Assembly (NCBI GenBank): GCA_034520965.1
Contig: JAXHMY010000009.1
Location: 192,001 to 256,000 of the forward strand
Length of the DNA stretch: 64,000 nt
Source: Spirochaetia bacterium
Lineage (GTDB): Bacteria; Spirochaetota; Spirochaetia; DSM-16054; Sediminispirochaetaceae
Reading direction: 5' to 3'
The translations under genes were made by a program, and so were the position numbers. The notes beneath the pieces were generated by a model. It saw only the letters and a program-made list of their open reading frames with translations, searched no databases and was not told where the DNA came from. This document shows, piece after piece, positions 30,167 through 40,947 of this stretch; position 1 is the stretch's first letter; each line of letters starts with the position of its first letter.

Positions 30167-30496
30167 ATGAGTTCAGACGTACCTACAGAAAACAGTGAAG
30201 CCCGGGATGTCGTACTGGTGCATGGTTCACATTTTGGCTGGGTTGATGTAGAGAACCTTAAGACGTTCTTAGATAAAAAGTGCTGCACCGACTGCTGGCT
30301 GTATCTGGAAACTGCACCGGTGGAGCGGGTAGAACGGGCGTTGGAAGAGGACACCCGAATTAGGGTGAGAGTTACCAAGAAGCCTAAAAAATCAGCCAAA
30401 GCGTACTATGACGAGCTAATGAAAGAGGGTCGCTCGGTCGAGGTAAAGCGCCTGGAAGAGGTGTCGGACCGCTCCATGAACCGCGGCGGATGCTGA
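30167..30496 (+). CDS. Hypothetical protein (109 aa), CCxxC motif, ends GGC-UGA
   Basis: GAGGAG RBS; clean ORF between araC and the convergent SDR gene. Confidence 0.7.
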   Translation: MSSDVPTENSEARDVVLVHGSHFGWVDVENLKTFLDKKCCTDCWLYLETAPVERVERALEEDTRIRVRVTKKPKKSAKAYYDELMKEGRSVEVKRLEEVSDRSMNRGGC

Positions 30497-30523
30497 CCGG
30501 CCGTGCTGCAGCCCGTGCTACAG

Positions 30524-31315
30524 CTACATTAGTGAACGAAGGCTGCCACCGTCTATGACGTAAGAGTGGCCGGTGACGTAGCCGGCGGCATCGGAGAGTA
30601 AAAAGACCGCCGAACGGCCGAACTCGTCGGGGTCTCCATCGCGCCCCAGGGGAACCGCCTTCTGCCGTTCTTTGCTCACCTGTTCAACCGGAATACCCTG
30701 CCTTTCGGCTGCAGTCGCATCGAGGGATTGCAGGCGGTCGGTGCTGAAAAATCCGGGAATAATGTTATTGACACGAATCCCGTAGGGGGCAAACTCGTTG
30801 GAAACCGTTTTTACCAAACTGGTTACTCCGCTGCGCATTACGTTGGAAAGAATGAGGTTGCCGATGGGCTGCTTCACCGAAATTGAGGTGAGGGTCAGGA
30901 TTGATCCGCTGCCCTTCTCTTTCATCACCGGAGCTACCTCACGTATCAGTCGAACCGCAGACATGAGAGTCAGTTGAAAGGCCTGTTCCCAGCCCTCATC
31001 CTGAAAGTCGAAGAAGGTTCCTGCGGGAGGACCTCCGGCATTGACCAGCACCGCATCGATGGTACCGTAGAGGGTGAGGGTATCGCTTACCCACTGCCGG
31101 ATTGACTCGGCACTGCTCATATCCAGGGTGAAGCCGCTGACTGGAGTCCCGGTTTCCGAGTGCAGGGTTTCCGCCGCTGTACCTATTTTTTCCTGTGAGC
31201 GGCTGCCGATTGAAAGCCGAGTTCCCTCTTGGGCGGCTACTCGGGCTACGCTATAGCCCAAGCCGCGGCTGGCGCCGGCTACCATAACTACCTTGTTTTT
31301 TAAGTTTAAATCCAT
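30524..31315 (-). CDS. SDR family oxidoreductase
   Basis: 'VAGASRGLG', 'NAGGPP', 'SNVMRSG', 'IRVNNIIPG'; start at MDLNLKNK (31315). Confidence 0.92.
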   Translation of the reverse strand: MDLNLKNKVVMVAGASRGLGYSVARVAAQEGTRLSIGSRSQEKIGTAAETLHSETGTPVSGFTLDMSSAESIRQWVSDTLTLYGTIDAVLVNAGGPPAGTFFDFQDEGWEQAFQLTLMSAVRLIREVAPVMKEKGSGSILTLTSISVKQPIGNLILSNVMRSGVTSLVKTVSNEFAPYGIRVNNIIPGFFSTDRLQSLDATAAERQGIPVEQVSKERQKAVPLGRDGDPDEFGRSAVFLLSDAAGYVTGHSYVIDGGSLRSLM

Positions 31316-31427
31316 GGTATTAATGGTAATGATACTTGGAGGGAAAGTGCAAGCTTTCCAGGAGCTATTTTTGTCGGCATTCAATAAACAGCTTGAAAAA
31401 AAGAGTGTTCAGTGGTAGCAGTAATTT

Positions 31428-34181
31428 ATGCAGTATGATCACATAAGCGAACTCATTTTAGCTCATATCGACGACCCCCGCCATCTGTTCGTATTTCCCT
31501 CCGAGGTAGCCGGGGAGTTTCGTCAGCGGGATGCCCTATTGCGCTCGTCAAAGCGGGCCATCAGGCGCGATAGGTTTATCTCCTGGGACAGGCTGAAGGA
31601 GCGTGAGTTTTCGCCGGGTCAGGAGCGTCTGCCGGCAAACTCGGTGTTCAGGCTGCTTTTTTCCGCCGGGCTGCTGGAGGAGCATCGCAGCCGAGGCCCG
31701 GTGCTGCAGTATCTGCTGGGAGAAACCCCGGAGGCGGCAGCGGCGGGGTTCCAGCGCCAACTGGCCCTTTCCCTGCCCCAGCTGCAGCGGGCCCAGGAGG
31801 TGCTCGAAACACATCCGGATATTGTCCCTCCTGCCCTGAACCATGATGTAAGAACTCTCTACCAGCGCTATCTTGAGTTTTTGGATGGGGCGGGTCTGTT
31901 TGAGCCTGCTTTCGTCCCGCCCCAGGCAGGGGAGACCCGCTGGGTATATCATATTTTCTACCCTGAACTGATAGAAGATTACCGCGAGTACCGGCACCTT
32001 ATAGATGGAAATGATAATTTTGTCAGTCACTACTCTACGGCCTCCCTGGAACAGGCGACCTGCCTGCGGTTTGAAAATGCCCGTCAGGAACTGGAGCAGC
32101 TTATCTCTGCTCTGCATCAACTGCTGAAGGGGGGAGCTCATCCGTCGGATATAGCCGTTACCCTGCCGGACTACGATGCGTGGTGGCCCTATTTGGCCGA
32201 GGAAGCGGAGTTGAGAGATATTCCCTTGGACTTTAGATCCGGCCGTACCCTGGCCGAATATCCGGCGGGACGTCTTTTCTCGCGCCTGTCGGCGCTGTCG
32301 GTGAACGGATTCGGACTGGAGCATTTAAAGCGGGTGGTATTGGAGCCTGGGTATCCCTTGAAATCCGCCGACCAGTGGCGGAAGCTGATCGAATTTGCAG
32401 TGGACCACTATTATGTTCGCTCCTGGAAGGGGGCGGGGGCAGCTGCCGATGAGTTGGACCGCAAATTGAAACAGGCCGGCTTAAAGGAGCTGCGGGCACT
32501 CTACCGTAACTTCCGGCACCAGGTTGCCCAGCTGATGTCGGCCCCGGATTTTGAGGAGCTGTCTAAACGGGTGCATAAGTTTATCAGAACCTTCTTTGAA
32601 ATCGACAGCTGGGATCCGGAGGCCGAAAAGGTGCTGCAGTACTGTCTGCTGGTGCTTCGGGAACTGCAGGAGGCCTCCGAGAGTGCCGGGGGTATTCAGG
32701 TGGCGGATCCGTACAGCCTGTGGCTGAACCTGCTGAACCAGAGGATTTACGTGTCGGCCCTGCGCACAGAGGCCATTCCGGTGTATCAGTATCGGGTATC
32801 CGCCGGCTGTACCCCCCTCTATCACTTCCTGCCCGGTGCCGGGCAGGCGCAGACCCGTATAAAACACGAAGAGCTTACCTTTTTACGGGAGGATTACCGG
32901 GCACAGCTGCTGGAGCGGGAGCCGGCGGATATGTCCGGAGATTTTTTATCCGCCTACGCCCGGTCGGGAGAAACGGTGCAGTTCAGCTGCAGTGATATAG
33001 GTTTCTCAGGCCCCCAGCTTCCGCCGGGAGAATTGCTGTCCGCCGGCGCAGTGAAGACCCGCGGAATGGGTGAAGCCGGTGCACAGGACCCGTTTACCCT
33101 GGAGGAGGCCTACTGGAGCGGAGAACAGGAGTTTCCCCATAGCCTGTACCCGGTACAACAGCGGGGTTTCCGCTTTGTGGGGCAGACAGCTTTCTCGGCC
33201 AAGGGAAAAGATTTTTCAAAAACGACAGTGGATGACCCCAAGCTTTTGGCCCATCTGTTTCAAATAGCCAAGGGTGATCGCGGGGCCAAGGACGGGCGTT
33301 TCTGGTTTTCCCCTTCCTCCTTCGACCAGTATGCCGGCTGTCCCTTCATGTATCTGCTCAACCGCGGCCTGAAGATAGAGGAGGCGGAGTTTAGCAGCCG
33401 GTGGGAGGACCACCGGTTTACCGGCATCATGCTCCACCGGATTTTGACGGCCCTGTATAAAAGGGTGCAGGAGAAGGACGGGCGCTGGAAGCGGGAAAAT
33501 CTACTGGAGTATTGGGAGCTGGCCGGGGAATTGTGCCGGGAGGAGTTTGACTACCAAGCCTCCCGGGGAAGAGATTTTATGTATCCCATCTGGAAGGGGC
33601 TGCAGGAGAACACCCGCCGGGCAGTTGAAGTGTTCGTGGAGCAGGAATCAAAGTTGTATCACGGTTATGAGCTTGCCGAGGCGGAAGAGAACCTGGGAGC
33701 TGAAATTGATGAGAACTGCGGCATTCAGGGGAGGGTTGACCGTATCTCCTGGAAGGAGGGGAGTGCTGTTATAGTGGATTATAAAAAGGGAGATCCCCCG
33801 AGCCTCTCCGATGTGTTTCAGCCCGACTCTCTGCCGCCTGTCTCGCAGCTGCCCCTGTATGCGTATGCAGCCGAGGAGAAGGGGTATCATGTGACCGGGG
33901 CCGCCTACTTCAGCATTAAAAAAGGCCGCTATACACACATGCTGCTGGATCCGGTGGCACCCATGGACACAAGCGGGGCGAAGATAAAAACCATGGTATC
34001 CCCGCAGGAGTTTCACGAGCTGAAGGAGAGGATCGTTGCGGCGGTGGGAGCAGCTGCCGAGAGCTTAAACCGCGGCGTATTTACAACTGCCGCCAGCTGC
34101 GACGGCTGCGATTTTCGTACGATCTGTCGCCGCAAGTACAATGTGCGAATGCCGGAGGTACAGCAGCATGGGAACTCTTGA
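31428..34181 (+). CDS. addB: AddB/RexB-like subunit: inactive helicase fold plus C-terminal PD-(D/E)XK nuclease with four Cys
   Basis: 'FSPSSFDQYAGCP', 'QGRVDRI', 'IVDYKKG', 'QLPLY', 'CDGCDFRTIC'; directly upstream of the UvrD-like gene. Confidence 0.8.
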   Translation: MQYDHISELILAHIDDPRHLFVFPSEVAGEFRQRDALLRSSKRAIRRDRFISWDRLKEREFSPGQERLPANSVFRLLFSAGLLEEHRSRGPVLQYLLGETPEAAAAGFQRQLALSLPQLQRAQEVLETHPDIVPPALNHDVRTLYQRYLEFLDGAGLFEPAFVPPQAGETRWVYHIFYPELIEDYREYRHLIDGNDNFVSHYSTASLEQATCLRFENARQELEQLISALHQLLKGGAHPSDIAVTLPDYDAWWPYLAEEAELRDIPLDFRSGRTLAEYPAGRLFSRLSALSVNGFGLEHLKRVVLEPGYPLKSADQWRKLIEFAVDHYYVRSWKGAGAAADELDRKLKQAGLKELRALYRNFRHQVAQLMSAPDFEELSKRVHKFIRTFFEIDSWDPEAEKVLQYCLLVLRELQEASESAGGIQVADPYSLWLNLLNQRIYVSALRTEAIPVYQYRVSAGCTPLYHFLPGAGQAQTRIKHEELTFLREDYRAQLLEREPADMSGDFLSAYARSGETVQFSCSDIGFSGPQLPPGELLSAGAVKTRGMGEAGAQDPFTLEEAYWSGEQEFPHSLYPVQQRGFRFVGQTAFSAKGKDFSKTTVDDPKLLAHLFQIAKGDRGAKDGRFWFSPSSFDQYAGCPFMYLLNRGLKIEEAEFSSRWEDHRFTGIMLHRILTALYKRVQEKDGRWKRENLLEYWELAGELCREEFDYQASRGRDFMYPIWKGLQENTRRAVEVFVEQESKLYHGYELAEAEENLGAEIDENCGIQGRVDRISWKEGSAVIVDYKKGDPPSLSDVFQPDSLPPVSQLPLYAYAAEEKGYHVTGAAYFSIKKGRYTHMLLDPVAPMDTSGAKIKTMVSPQEFHELKERIVAAVGAAAESLNRGVFTTAASCDGCDFRTICRRKYNVRMPEVQQHGNS

Positions 34182-37100
34182 TACATACCAACAGGCGGCG
34201 GTCTTAGCCGATAAGAATACAGTGGTTACCGCCGGAGCGGGCTCGGGAAAGACCACGGTGCTGGCCGAACGATTTGTGCACTTAATAGCCGAGGGACGGG
34301 CGCGGGTAGACGGCATCCTGACCCTAACCTTTACCAGGAAAGCGGCGGCGGAGATGTACGAGCGGATTTACCGGCAGTTGGTCCAGCGAGCCGAGAGCGA
34401 GACTGATGAGCAGCGCCGGGAGCGTCTGAAGGCGGCGGTGGCGGAGTTTGATACGGCCCATATTTCTACCCTCGACAGCTTCTGTTCCCAGATAGTACGC
34501 GGCGGCAGCGTACAGTTTGGTATATCCGGGGACTTTCGGGCGGATGAGTACAGTGCCGCCCAGATGGTGGAGGAGACTTCCCTCTCTTTCCTGCTGCAGC
34601 ACGCCGATGATCCCGCCCTGGAGCAGTTTCTGCAGGATTTCGGGACCCAGTCGGTGTTGGAGCGCCTGCTGATTCCACTGGCAAAACAGGAGTTTCACCT
34701 GGCGGTGGAACACGATTTTGAAGCCATGCTGGAAGCGCAGTTTACCTATCTGCGACAGAAGGCACACAGCCTGGCGGCTAGCCTGCAGGAGAAGTACGAC
34801 TGGTTTTTTACCGCCGACTTGCCCGATAAAACTTCCGTACATAAAGTGGTGAACCTGCTTAAACCACTCTCCTCTCCGGCGGCAGCGGCCGAAGAGGGCA
34901 AGTGGGGCCTGCTGGCCGATATCTGTGAGGTCAAACTGGTAAAGGGGGGCGGAAAAACCACCGACCCCCGGCTGATTGAGCTTAAAGAAAAAATTGATGA
35001 GTGGCGGAAGGTGGTGGAGCAGCTGGGGCCGATACTGATGCTGCTGCAGAAGGAGAATCTGTACCGCGGGCTGTATGCTCTGTTGAATGAGTATCAGCAG
35101 GAGATTCACGCAGCCAAGCGCAGCAGCGGGGTGCTGACCTTCCGAGATGTAGTGGAGATGGCGGTGCGGCTGCTGCAGGAGGATGTACAGCTGCGAAGCC
35201 ACTACAAGGGACTGTTTAGCCATATCATGATCGATGAGTTTCAGGATAATAATGATCTGCAGCGGCGCCTGCTGTTTTTGCTGGCCGAGAAAAAGAGCTG
35301 AACAGAACCGACGGACTGCCCGCGCCGGAGGAACTGGAAGCGGGAAAGCTGTTTTTTGTGGGTGATGAAAAGCAGTCTATCTACCGCTTTCGTGGCGCCG
35401 ATGTGCGGGTGTTGAAGCAGCTGCAGCGGCAGTTGGAGGAGTCCGGCGGAGAGGCGCTGCAGCTGCCCAATAATTACCGCAGCCACTCAGGGTTGATCCG
35501 CTTTTTCAACACCCTCTTTGCCGAGGTGATGCAGCCGGTCGGGGGCCAGCCGGCAGGAGCAGCTTCGGTCGGAAACTGGCCGATCGAAGCGCCGGAGGCT
35601 GTCGGGAGCTCTTCAAGTGCGGCCGGCAGGACCGAAATCCCGGCCGCCGGGGTCGGTTCCGAGGCTGAGTTTATCCCCTCGAGGCTCCGCAGCAGCACCT
35701 GGCCTTTACTCCTACCGTGCGGCTGCTGTACAAACCTTATGAAAAGGATGCGGCAGGAGAGGAGAATGCCGGCGAAGAGAGCGCCGAGCAGAGCCCTCCA
35801 TTACACTCAAAGGAAGCCGAGGCCTGGCACATCGTCAATTACCTCAAGGAGGTGATCGGAGGCGGGCATTTGATGGTCCGGGATAGGTCTGTTCAGAGCG
35901 GTCCGGGGGAAAAGGAGGCTGTCCGGCGGGCTGTCTATGACGATGTAGCTATTCTGATGCGCAGTTCCGGAAATCAGATTAACTTTGAGCGCTACATGCG
36001 GCATCTGCAGATTCCCTATAACGTCCAGAGTACCCGCAGTCTGTTTCTCGAGGCCCCTATCAACGACATGTATCAGTTTCTGCAACTGGTGCTGTATCCG
36101 AAGGATAGGGCGGCGTATGCCGCCCTGCTGCGCTCGCCCTTTGTGAATCTGTCCGACGAGGTGACCGCCCGCATTCTGCAGGGAGAGATTTCCGAGCTAA
36201 TCGCCTTTTCCCTGAGCGGTGACGAGGCCCTGTTTGCTGACGAGGGGGAGGCATGCAAGTACAAGCGGGCGGCCGAGGCGTATCGGGTGCTGCGCGATTT
36301 GGCGGCTACGGCACCGATTGCCGATATGATCCGTTACCTGTGGTACGAGGCCGGGTATCGGTATGTAGTGCTGCGGAACCCCGATTATCACGCCTACCTG
36401 GAGTTCTACGATGCCCTGATAGAGCTGGCCCGGCGCAGTGATGGGCGTGGAGAGGGATTGGCGAGCTTTTTGGATTTTTTGAGGGAGAACCTTGGGCAGT
36501 TTGAAAAGCTGGAAGATTTGGAGTTCATTCCGCGCCGCAGCGGTGGAGTAAACCTGCTGAGTATTCATAAATCAAAGGGCTTGGAGTTTCCGGTAGTGAT
36601 TGTGGCGGATATGGGGAACTCGGGCCTGAGCGGCGGCGATGGAAACCTGTATGTGTGGGATGAAAAGTTCGGCCTCGCTCTGGCAGGCGGCGAGAAAGGA
36701 TCGAAGGTACACAGTTATTTTGCACAATCTGCCAAGGAAGAGGAGGAACTGCAGGACTATGCGGAGCTCAAGCGGCTGCTGTACGTAGCCTGTACACGGG
36801 CCGAGGATCATTTGATACTCTCGGGTTTCCACCACGGTATGAACCGGAATCTTGAAAAGAGGTCGGGCAAGAATGTGCTTCTGAATATTACCCTGCAGGC
36901 TTTGGGTTGGGACGGAGCGGCTTTGGAGGAGGAGCTGTGTGCCGAAGGGGGCTGTGAGCTGGAGATTATCCCGGAGGTGACGGAGGAGATGATAGACCGG
37001 ACACGCCACGCCTCGCGGGCCCGCAGCCTGGCATCCGCCGCTCGGCGGATAGAGAGGGCGGAGCTGGTCGAGCGTAGTTTTGTACGGCGGGAGCTGACTG

Positions 37101-37717
37101 CAGTGGAGTTGAACCGCATGTATCTGGACGCTGGGGATGAGCATTCCGCGGCTGAGGGCGGTGAAGAGGAACTGCCCTCTATTGCGGTAGATCAGCTGTT
37201 GTCCGACCGGAGCGCCGCCGGCCCCTTTGGTGAACTGGTGCACCGCTGCATAGAGGCAGAGTTGACCGGCTTGCCGGGACGGGTGTCGCTGCCGCCGCTG
37301 TTTTCCGGTCTGGAGCCGGAACAGGTGGCGGAGCTTGAAGGGGAAGCGCGGCGGATGGCGGCGGCCTTTCTTACATCGCCCCTGGGCCGGGAGGCCGCGG
37401 CGGCGGCCGAGGAGGGGACGGTAGAATCGGAGCTGCCCTTTCTGCTGCAGATAGACGGGGCACAGGTGGTACGCGGACAGATCGATTTGCTTCTGCAGAG
37501 GCCCGGGGAGGTTTTGATTGTGGATTTTAAGACCGACCGCATCTGCAAACCCGCCGAGTATGCTGCCCAGATGGCGGTGTACCGACGGGCGGCCGCAGAG
37601 CTGTATGGGCTTCCGGCCCGCAGCATGCTGGTGTATGTGCGGGACGGCCGGGTGGAAGAGCTTTCTACCCAGGTAGAATTGGAGGGCTTGTGTGCCCGGG
37701 CCGCCTATTCTAGGTAG
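34168..37717 (+). CDS. addA: AddA/RexA-like UvrD helicase-nuclease; frameshifts at ~35295 and ~35700
   Basis: 'AGAGSGKT', 'TFTRKAAAEM', 'IDEFQD', 'GDEKQSIYRFRGAD', 'NYRS', 'SIHKSKGLEF', 'RLLYVACTRA'; nuclease 'RGQIDLL...VDFKTD'. Confidence 0.88.
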
Positions 37718-38642
37718 CTTCCGCCAGAGCTGAGTAAGCCACGGCGATTTTTGCCGCCACGGCGGCGTTGTTTTTGACCAATTCTATATTCGCATTTAAG
37801 CTCTCACCTCCGGTGAGCTCCTTGATTTTTTCCAGTAAAAAGGGGGTGAGTTCTTTGCCGAAGATACCGATTCGGCGGGCTTCGTCCAGGGCTACCTCGA
37901 TGGCGTTGTCGATTTTCTCTTTTTCCATTGAAAACTCTTCGGGAATGGGGTTGGCAATCAGCACTCCTCCCTCCAGGCCGCACTTCCACTTGGAGTCCAG
38001 GATAGCCGCCGCGGCTTCCGGGGAATCTACCCGGTGATCAACTGGTAATCCGCTGCTGCTGGAATAAAAGGCCGGCATCTCTGCGGTGCCGTAGCCGAGT
38101 ACCGGAACTCCCAGGGTTTCCAGGTATTCCAGGGTAAGCTGAAGGTCGAGGATGGCCTTGGCTCCGGCACACACCACCGCAACACTGCTGCGGGCAAGCT
38201 CTTGCAGGTCGGCGGAGATGTCGAAGCTGCTTTCCGCCCCGCGGTGTACACCTCCGATGCCCCCGGTGGCAAAGACATGGATGCCGGCCAGGGCGGCGGC
38301 GATCATGGTTGCGGCCACGGTGGTAGCTGCATGAGATTTTTCGGCCAGGATAACCGGGATATCCCTGCGGCTGGCCTTTTTGATGTTCTCTGCTTTGCCT
38401 AAAAACTCAATCTGTTCTTTACTAAGACCGACTTTGATACGCCCGTCAATAATTGCAATAGTTGCGGGAACTGCCCCCTCCCTGCGGATAGTCTCTTCCA
38501 GGGCTGCGGCGGTAGCAACATTGTCCGGATAAGGCATCCCATGGGAAATGATGGTAGATTCCAGGGCCACCAGGGGCTGGTTTCGTGAGAAAGCGTTGGC
38601 AACTTCCTGGGAATAATCTAGTGGTATATCGGGTTTTTTCAT
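37710..38642 (-). CDS. psuG: Pseudouridine-5'-phosphate glycosidase
   Basis: 'VALESTIISHGMPYP', 'ATTVAATM', 'FATGGIGGVHRGA', 'DISADL', 'GKELTPFLL'. Confidence 0.96.
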   Translation of the reverse strand: MKKPDIPLDYSQEVANAFSRNQPLVALESTIISHGMPYPDNVATAAALEETIRREGAVPATIAIIDGRIKVGLSKEQIEFLGKAENIKKASRRDIPVILAEKSHAATTVAATMIAAALAGIHVFATGGIGGVHRGAESSFDISADLQELARSSVAVVCAGAKAILDLQLTLEYLETLGVPVLGYGTAEMPAFYSSSSGLPVDHRVDSPEAAAAILDSKWKCGLEGGVLIANPIPEEFSMEKEKIDNAIEVALDEARRIGIFGKELTPFLLEKIKELTGGESLNANIELVKNNAAVAAKIAVAYSALAEAT

Positions 38643-38658
38643 GGCAGTTCTCCTTAGC

Positions 38659-39816
38659 TTAAATGTAGTCGGAACGGGGCCTATTGGGCAAGTCGCTCCG
38701 CGCAATTCTGAGCCGCTCCAGTAGTGCCGCCCGGTTTAGTTCGGGGGCAACGGTATGCTGTGATTCAAGGGTGAGTGCGGCGGCCGCTTGGCCCCACTGG
38801 ACTGCTTCGGCCACCGAGGGTGCTCCTGGGGATGGCGCTTGGACGGTCGTCAAAGCGGCGGTGAAGCCGGCGATAAACGCATCGCCGGCGCCGTTGGTGT
38901 CCGCCGGACGGGCGGGCAGAGGCGGGTACCACCAGGCCCACCACTGAGAGCTCTCAGACAGGGAGCTGCCGGACAGGGGCTCTGCCGACGGGTTTGACAA
39001 AAGGCTGTGCCGCCGGCTGCATTGCGGGTCTCGGCTGAGCAGCAGAACCCCCTCCGCTCCCAGGGTGATGAGCAGTTGGGGAGCATCTGTGCCGCTGGAT
39101 GCTGATTCAAGGGCGGCCGTGATGTCTTTGGCCAAGGCGGTGGCTTGCCCGGGCCGAGCCACAAGGCTCCTTAGAAAACGCCGCATATAAAAAATTTCAA
39201 TAGAGTAGAGTGCACAAAGTTCATCCAGATTTGGGCTTATCCAGGTGCAGTACTGCAGGATTGAGGCCAGGCGGGTCGACTTTTGCACGGACACCGGCTC
39301 GGCGATGCAGGGAACCCCGTGCCGGCGAGCTGCATGGGAGAGGTAGGCGAGGGTGGTGGTACGAAGATTGGTGTCGAGGACCAGTGCGGCGGACGCGGCC
39401 AGCTGCGACTCAAGGGGCCGCAGAAGTTCGGCCTGCAGGGTATCCATGATTTCCATGTCCGATATGGCGGAGAATAAATCGCCGGTCGCATCCTGGATGG
39501 CCAGATAGCTGCCGGTGGGGAAGCTGTCGAAGCGGAAGACGGCGGAGGTGTCGACTCCGGCGGCGGCGGTGGCGGAGAGGACGGAATCGCCGCCGCTGTC
39601 GTTTCCGGCGGCGCTGCAGAGGATTGGATTCGCCCCTAGGAGTGCCAGAGAATGGGCAATGTTGCGGCCCACCCCGCCGGGGGCCCGGTAGACCCTACCC
39701 GGATTGGAGCTGCGCGGGGTAGGGGTGGTGAAGGGCCGGGCTTTGATGTCCTCGTTTAAGCCGCCGGCCACAAACACCGCGGAGCCTTGGGCGGAACCGG
39801 GGGCCGGGTTTGTCAC
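38659..39816 (-). CDS. psuK: PfkB-family kinase, probable pseudouridine kinase
   Basis: 'SNPGRV...GGVGRNIA', 'DTNGAGDAF'; adjacent to psuG. Confidence 0.8.
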   Translation of the reverse strand: MTNPAPGSAQGSAVFVAGGLNEDIKARPFTTPTPRSSNPGRVYRAPGGVGRNIAHSLALLGANPILCSAAGNDSGGDSVLSATAAAGVDTSAVFRFDSFPTGSYLAIQDATGDLFSAISDMEIMDTLQAELLRPLESQLAASAALVLDTNLRTTTLAYLSHAARRHGVPCIAEPVSVQKSTRLASILQYCTWISPNLDELCALYSIEIFYMRRFLRSLVARPGQATALAKDITAALESASSGTDAPQLLITLGAEGVLLLSRDPQCSRRHSLLSNPSAEPLSGSSLSESSQWWAWWYPPLPARPADTNGAGDAFIAGFTAALTTVQAPSPGAPSVAEAVQWGQAAAALTLESQHTVAPELNRAALLERLRIARSDLPNRPRSDYI

Positions 39817-40838
39817 ACCTTGACTTCCCTCAGCAGTCGGCAGACTTCGTCGACATCCTGGGTGGTAATGCCCAGGTGGGTGACCATCCGAATGGCATTA
39901 CTGCCGAAGGCGCTGCACAGCACCCCCTTCTTTTTGAGCTGAGCCACGATTTGCTCGGCGGGATGGGCGGGGGTGGCAAAATAAATAATATTTGTTTCTA
40001 CGTTTTTGGAGTCGATAGTGGCCCATTCCAGGGCGGAGAGGGTGTCGGCTATGCGCTTGGCATTTGCATGGTCGTCTTTAAGACGGGTAATGTTGTTCTC
40101 TAAAGCGTAGATACCTGCGGAGGCTATGATACCGGCCTGACGCATACCGCCGCCGAGCATTTTTCTTACCCGCCGGGCTTCGGCAATAAACTTGCTGGGG
40201 CCGCACAGCAAGCTGCCCACCGGTGCCCCGAGCCCTTTGGATAAGCAGAAGGTAACCGTATCGACCAGGGAGCACATACGCTTCACCGGCAGCCCGGTTG
40301 CAACGGAGGCGTTGAACATACGCGCCCCGTCCATGTGCAGAGAGAAACCGTGCTTGTGGGCAAAATCGCTCACCAATTTAAGCTGGTTGTAGGTATAGCA
40401 GGTACCGCCCTCGCGGTTGTGGGTGTTCTCTATTTCTATCATGGTAACCCGCGGCATAAGGTACGAGGCCGGGCGCAGATGTTTTTCAAGTTCCTCCGGG
40501 CGCAGTATTCCGCGTTCACCCTTTACCGCCACCGGCATTACTCCGGCCACACTAGTGGCCGAGGCCAATTCATAGTGGAAAATATGGCTGTTCATTTGGG
40601 AGAGGACCTCATTGCCCCTTCCGCCGTTGATATAGAGGGGAATCAGGTTGCCCATTGAGCCGGAGGGGATAAACAGTGCTTCCCTTTTGCCGGTTATTTT
40701 AGCCGCCAGCTCCTCCAGCTTATTGATGGTGGTATCTTCGCCGTACACATCGTCTCCGACATCGGCCTTTGCCATTAACTTGCGCATCTCCCGGGAGGGG
40801 AGGGTAACTGTATCACTTCTCAGATCGTAGGTTTTCAT
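39813..40838 (-). CDS. ltaE: Low-specificity L-threonine aldolase
   Basis: 'DLRSDTVT', 'VGDDVYGED', 'ENTHN', 'HMDGAR', 'CLSKGLGAPVGS', 'GGGMRQAG'. Confidence 0.95.
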   Translation of the reverse strand: MKTYDLRSDTVTLPSREMRKLMAKADVGDDVYGEDTTINKLEELAAKITGKREALFIPSGSMGNLIPLYINGGRGNEVLSQMNSHIFHYELASATSVAGVMPVAVKGERGILRPEELEKHLRPASYLMPRVTMIEIENTHNREGGTCYTYNQLKLVSDFAHKHGFSLHMDGARMFNASVATGLPVKRMCSLVDTVTFCLSKGLGAPVGSLLCGPSKFIAEARRVRKMLGGGMRQAGIIASAGIYALENNITRLKDDHANAKRIADTLSALEWATIDSKNVETNIIYFATPAHPAEQIVAQLKKKGVLCSAFGSNAIRMVTHLGITTQDVDEVCRLLREVKV

Positions 40839-40947
40839 TGTATGGGTACCTCTCTTTTCTTAACAGTGTAACATGCTATTCCCGGTTTTGACTATTAAGC
40901 TTGCCGAAAGCTTGCCGAAAGGGGGCGGGGCTGTCTATCTTGTGTAC

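Noticed and set aside
33290..34181. Cas4-like PD-(D/E)XK nuclease with four Cys next to a helicase, as a possible defence system
   Set aside because: The architecture and gene pair match housekeeping AddAB; no cas genes or array are present.
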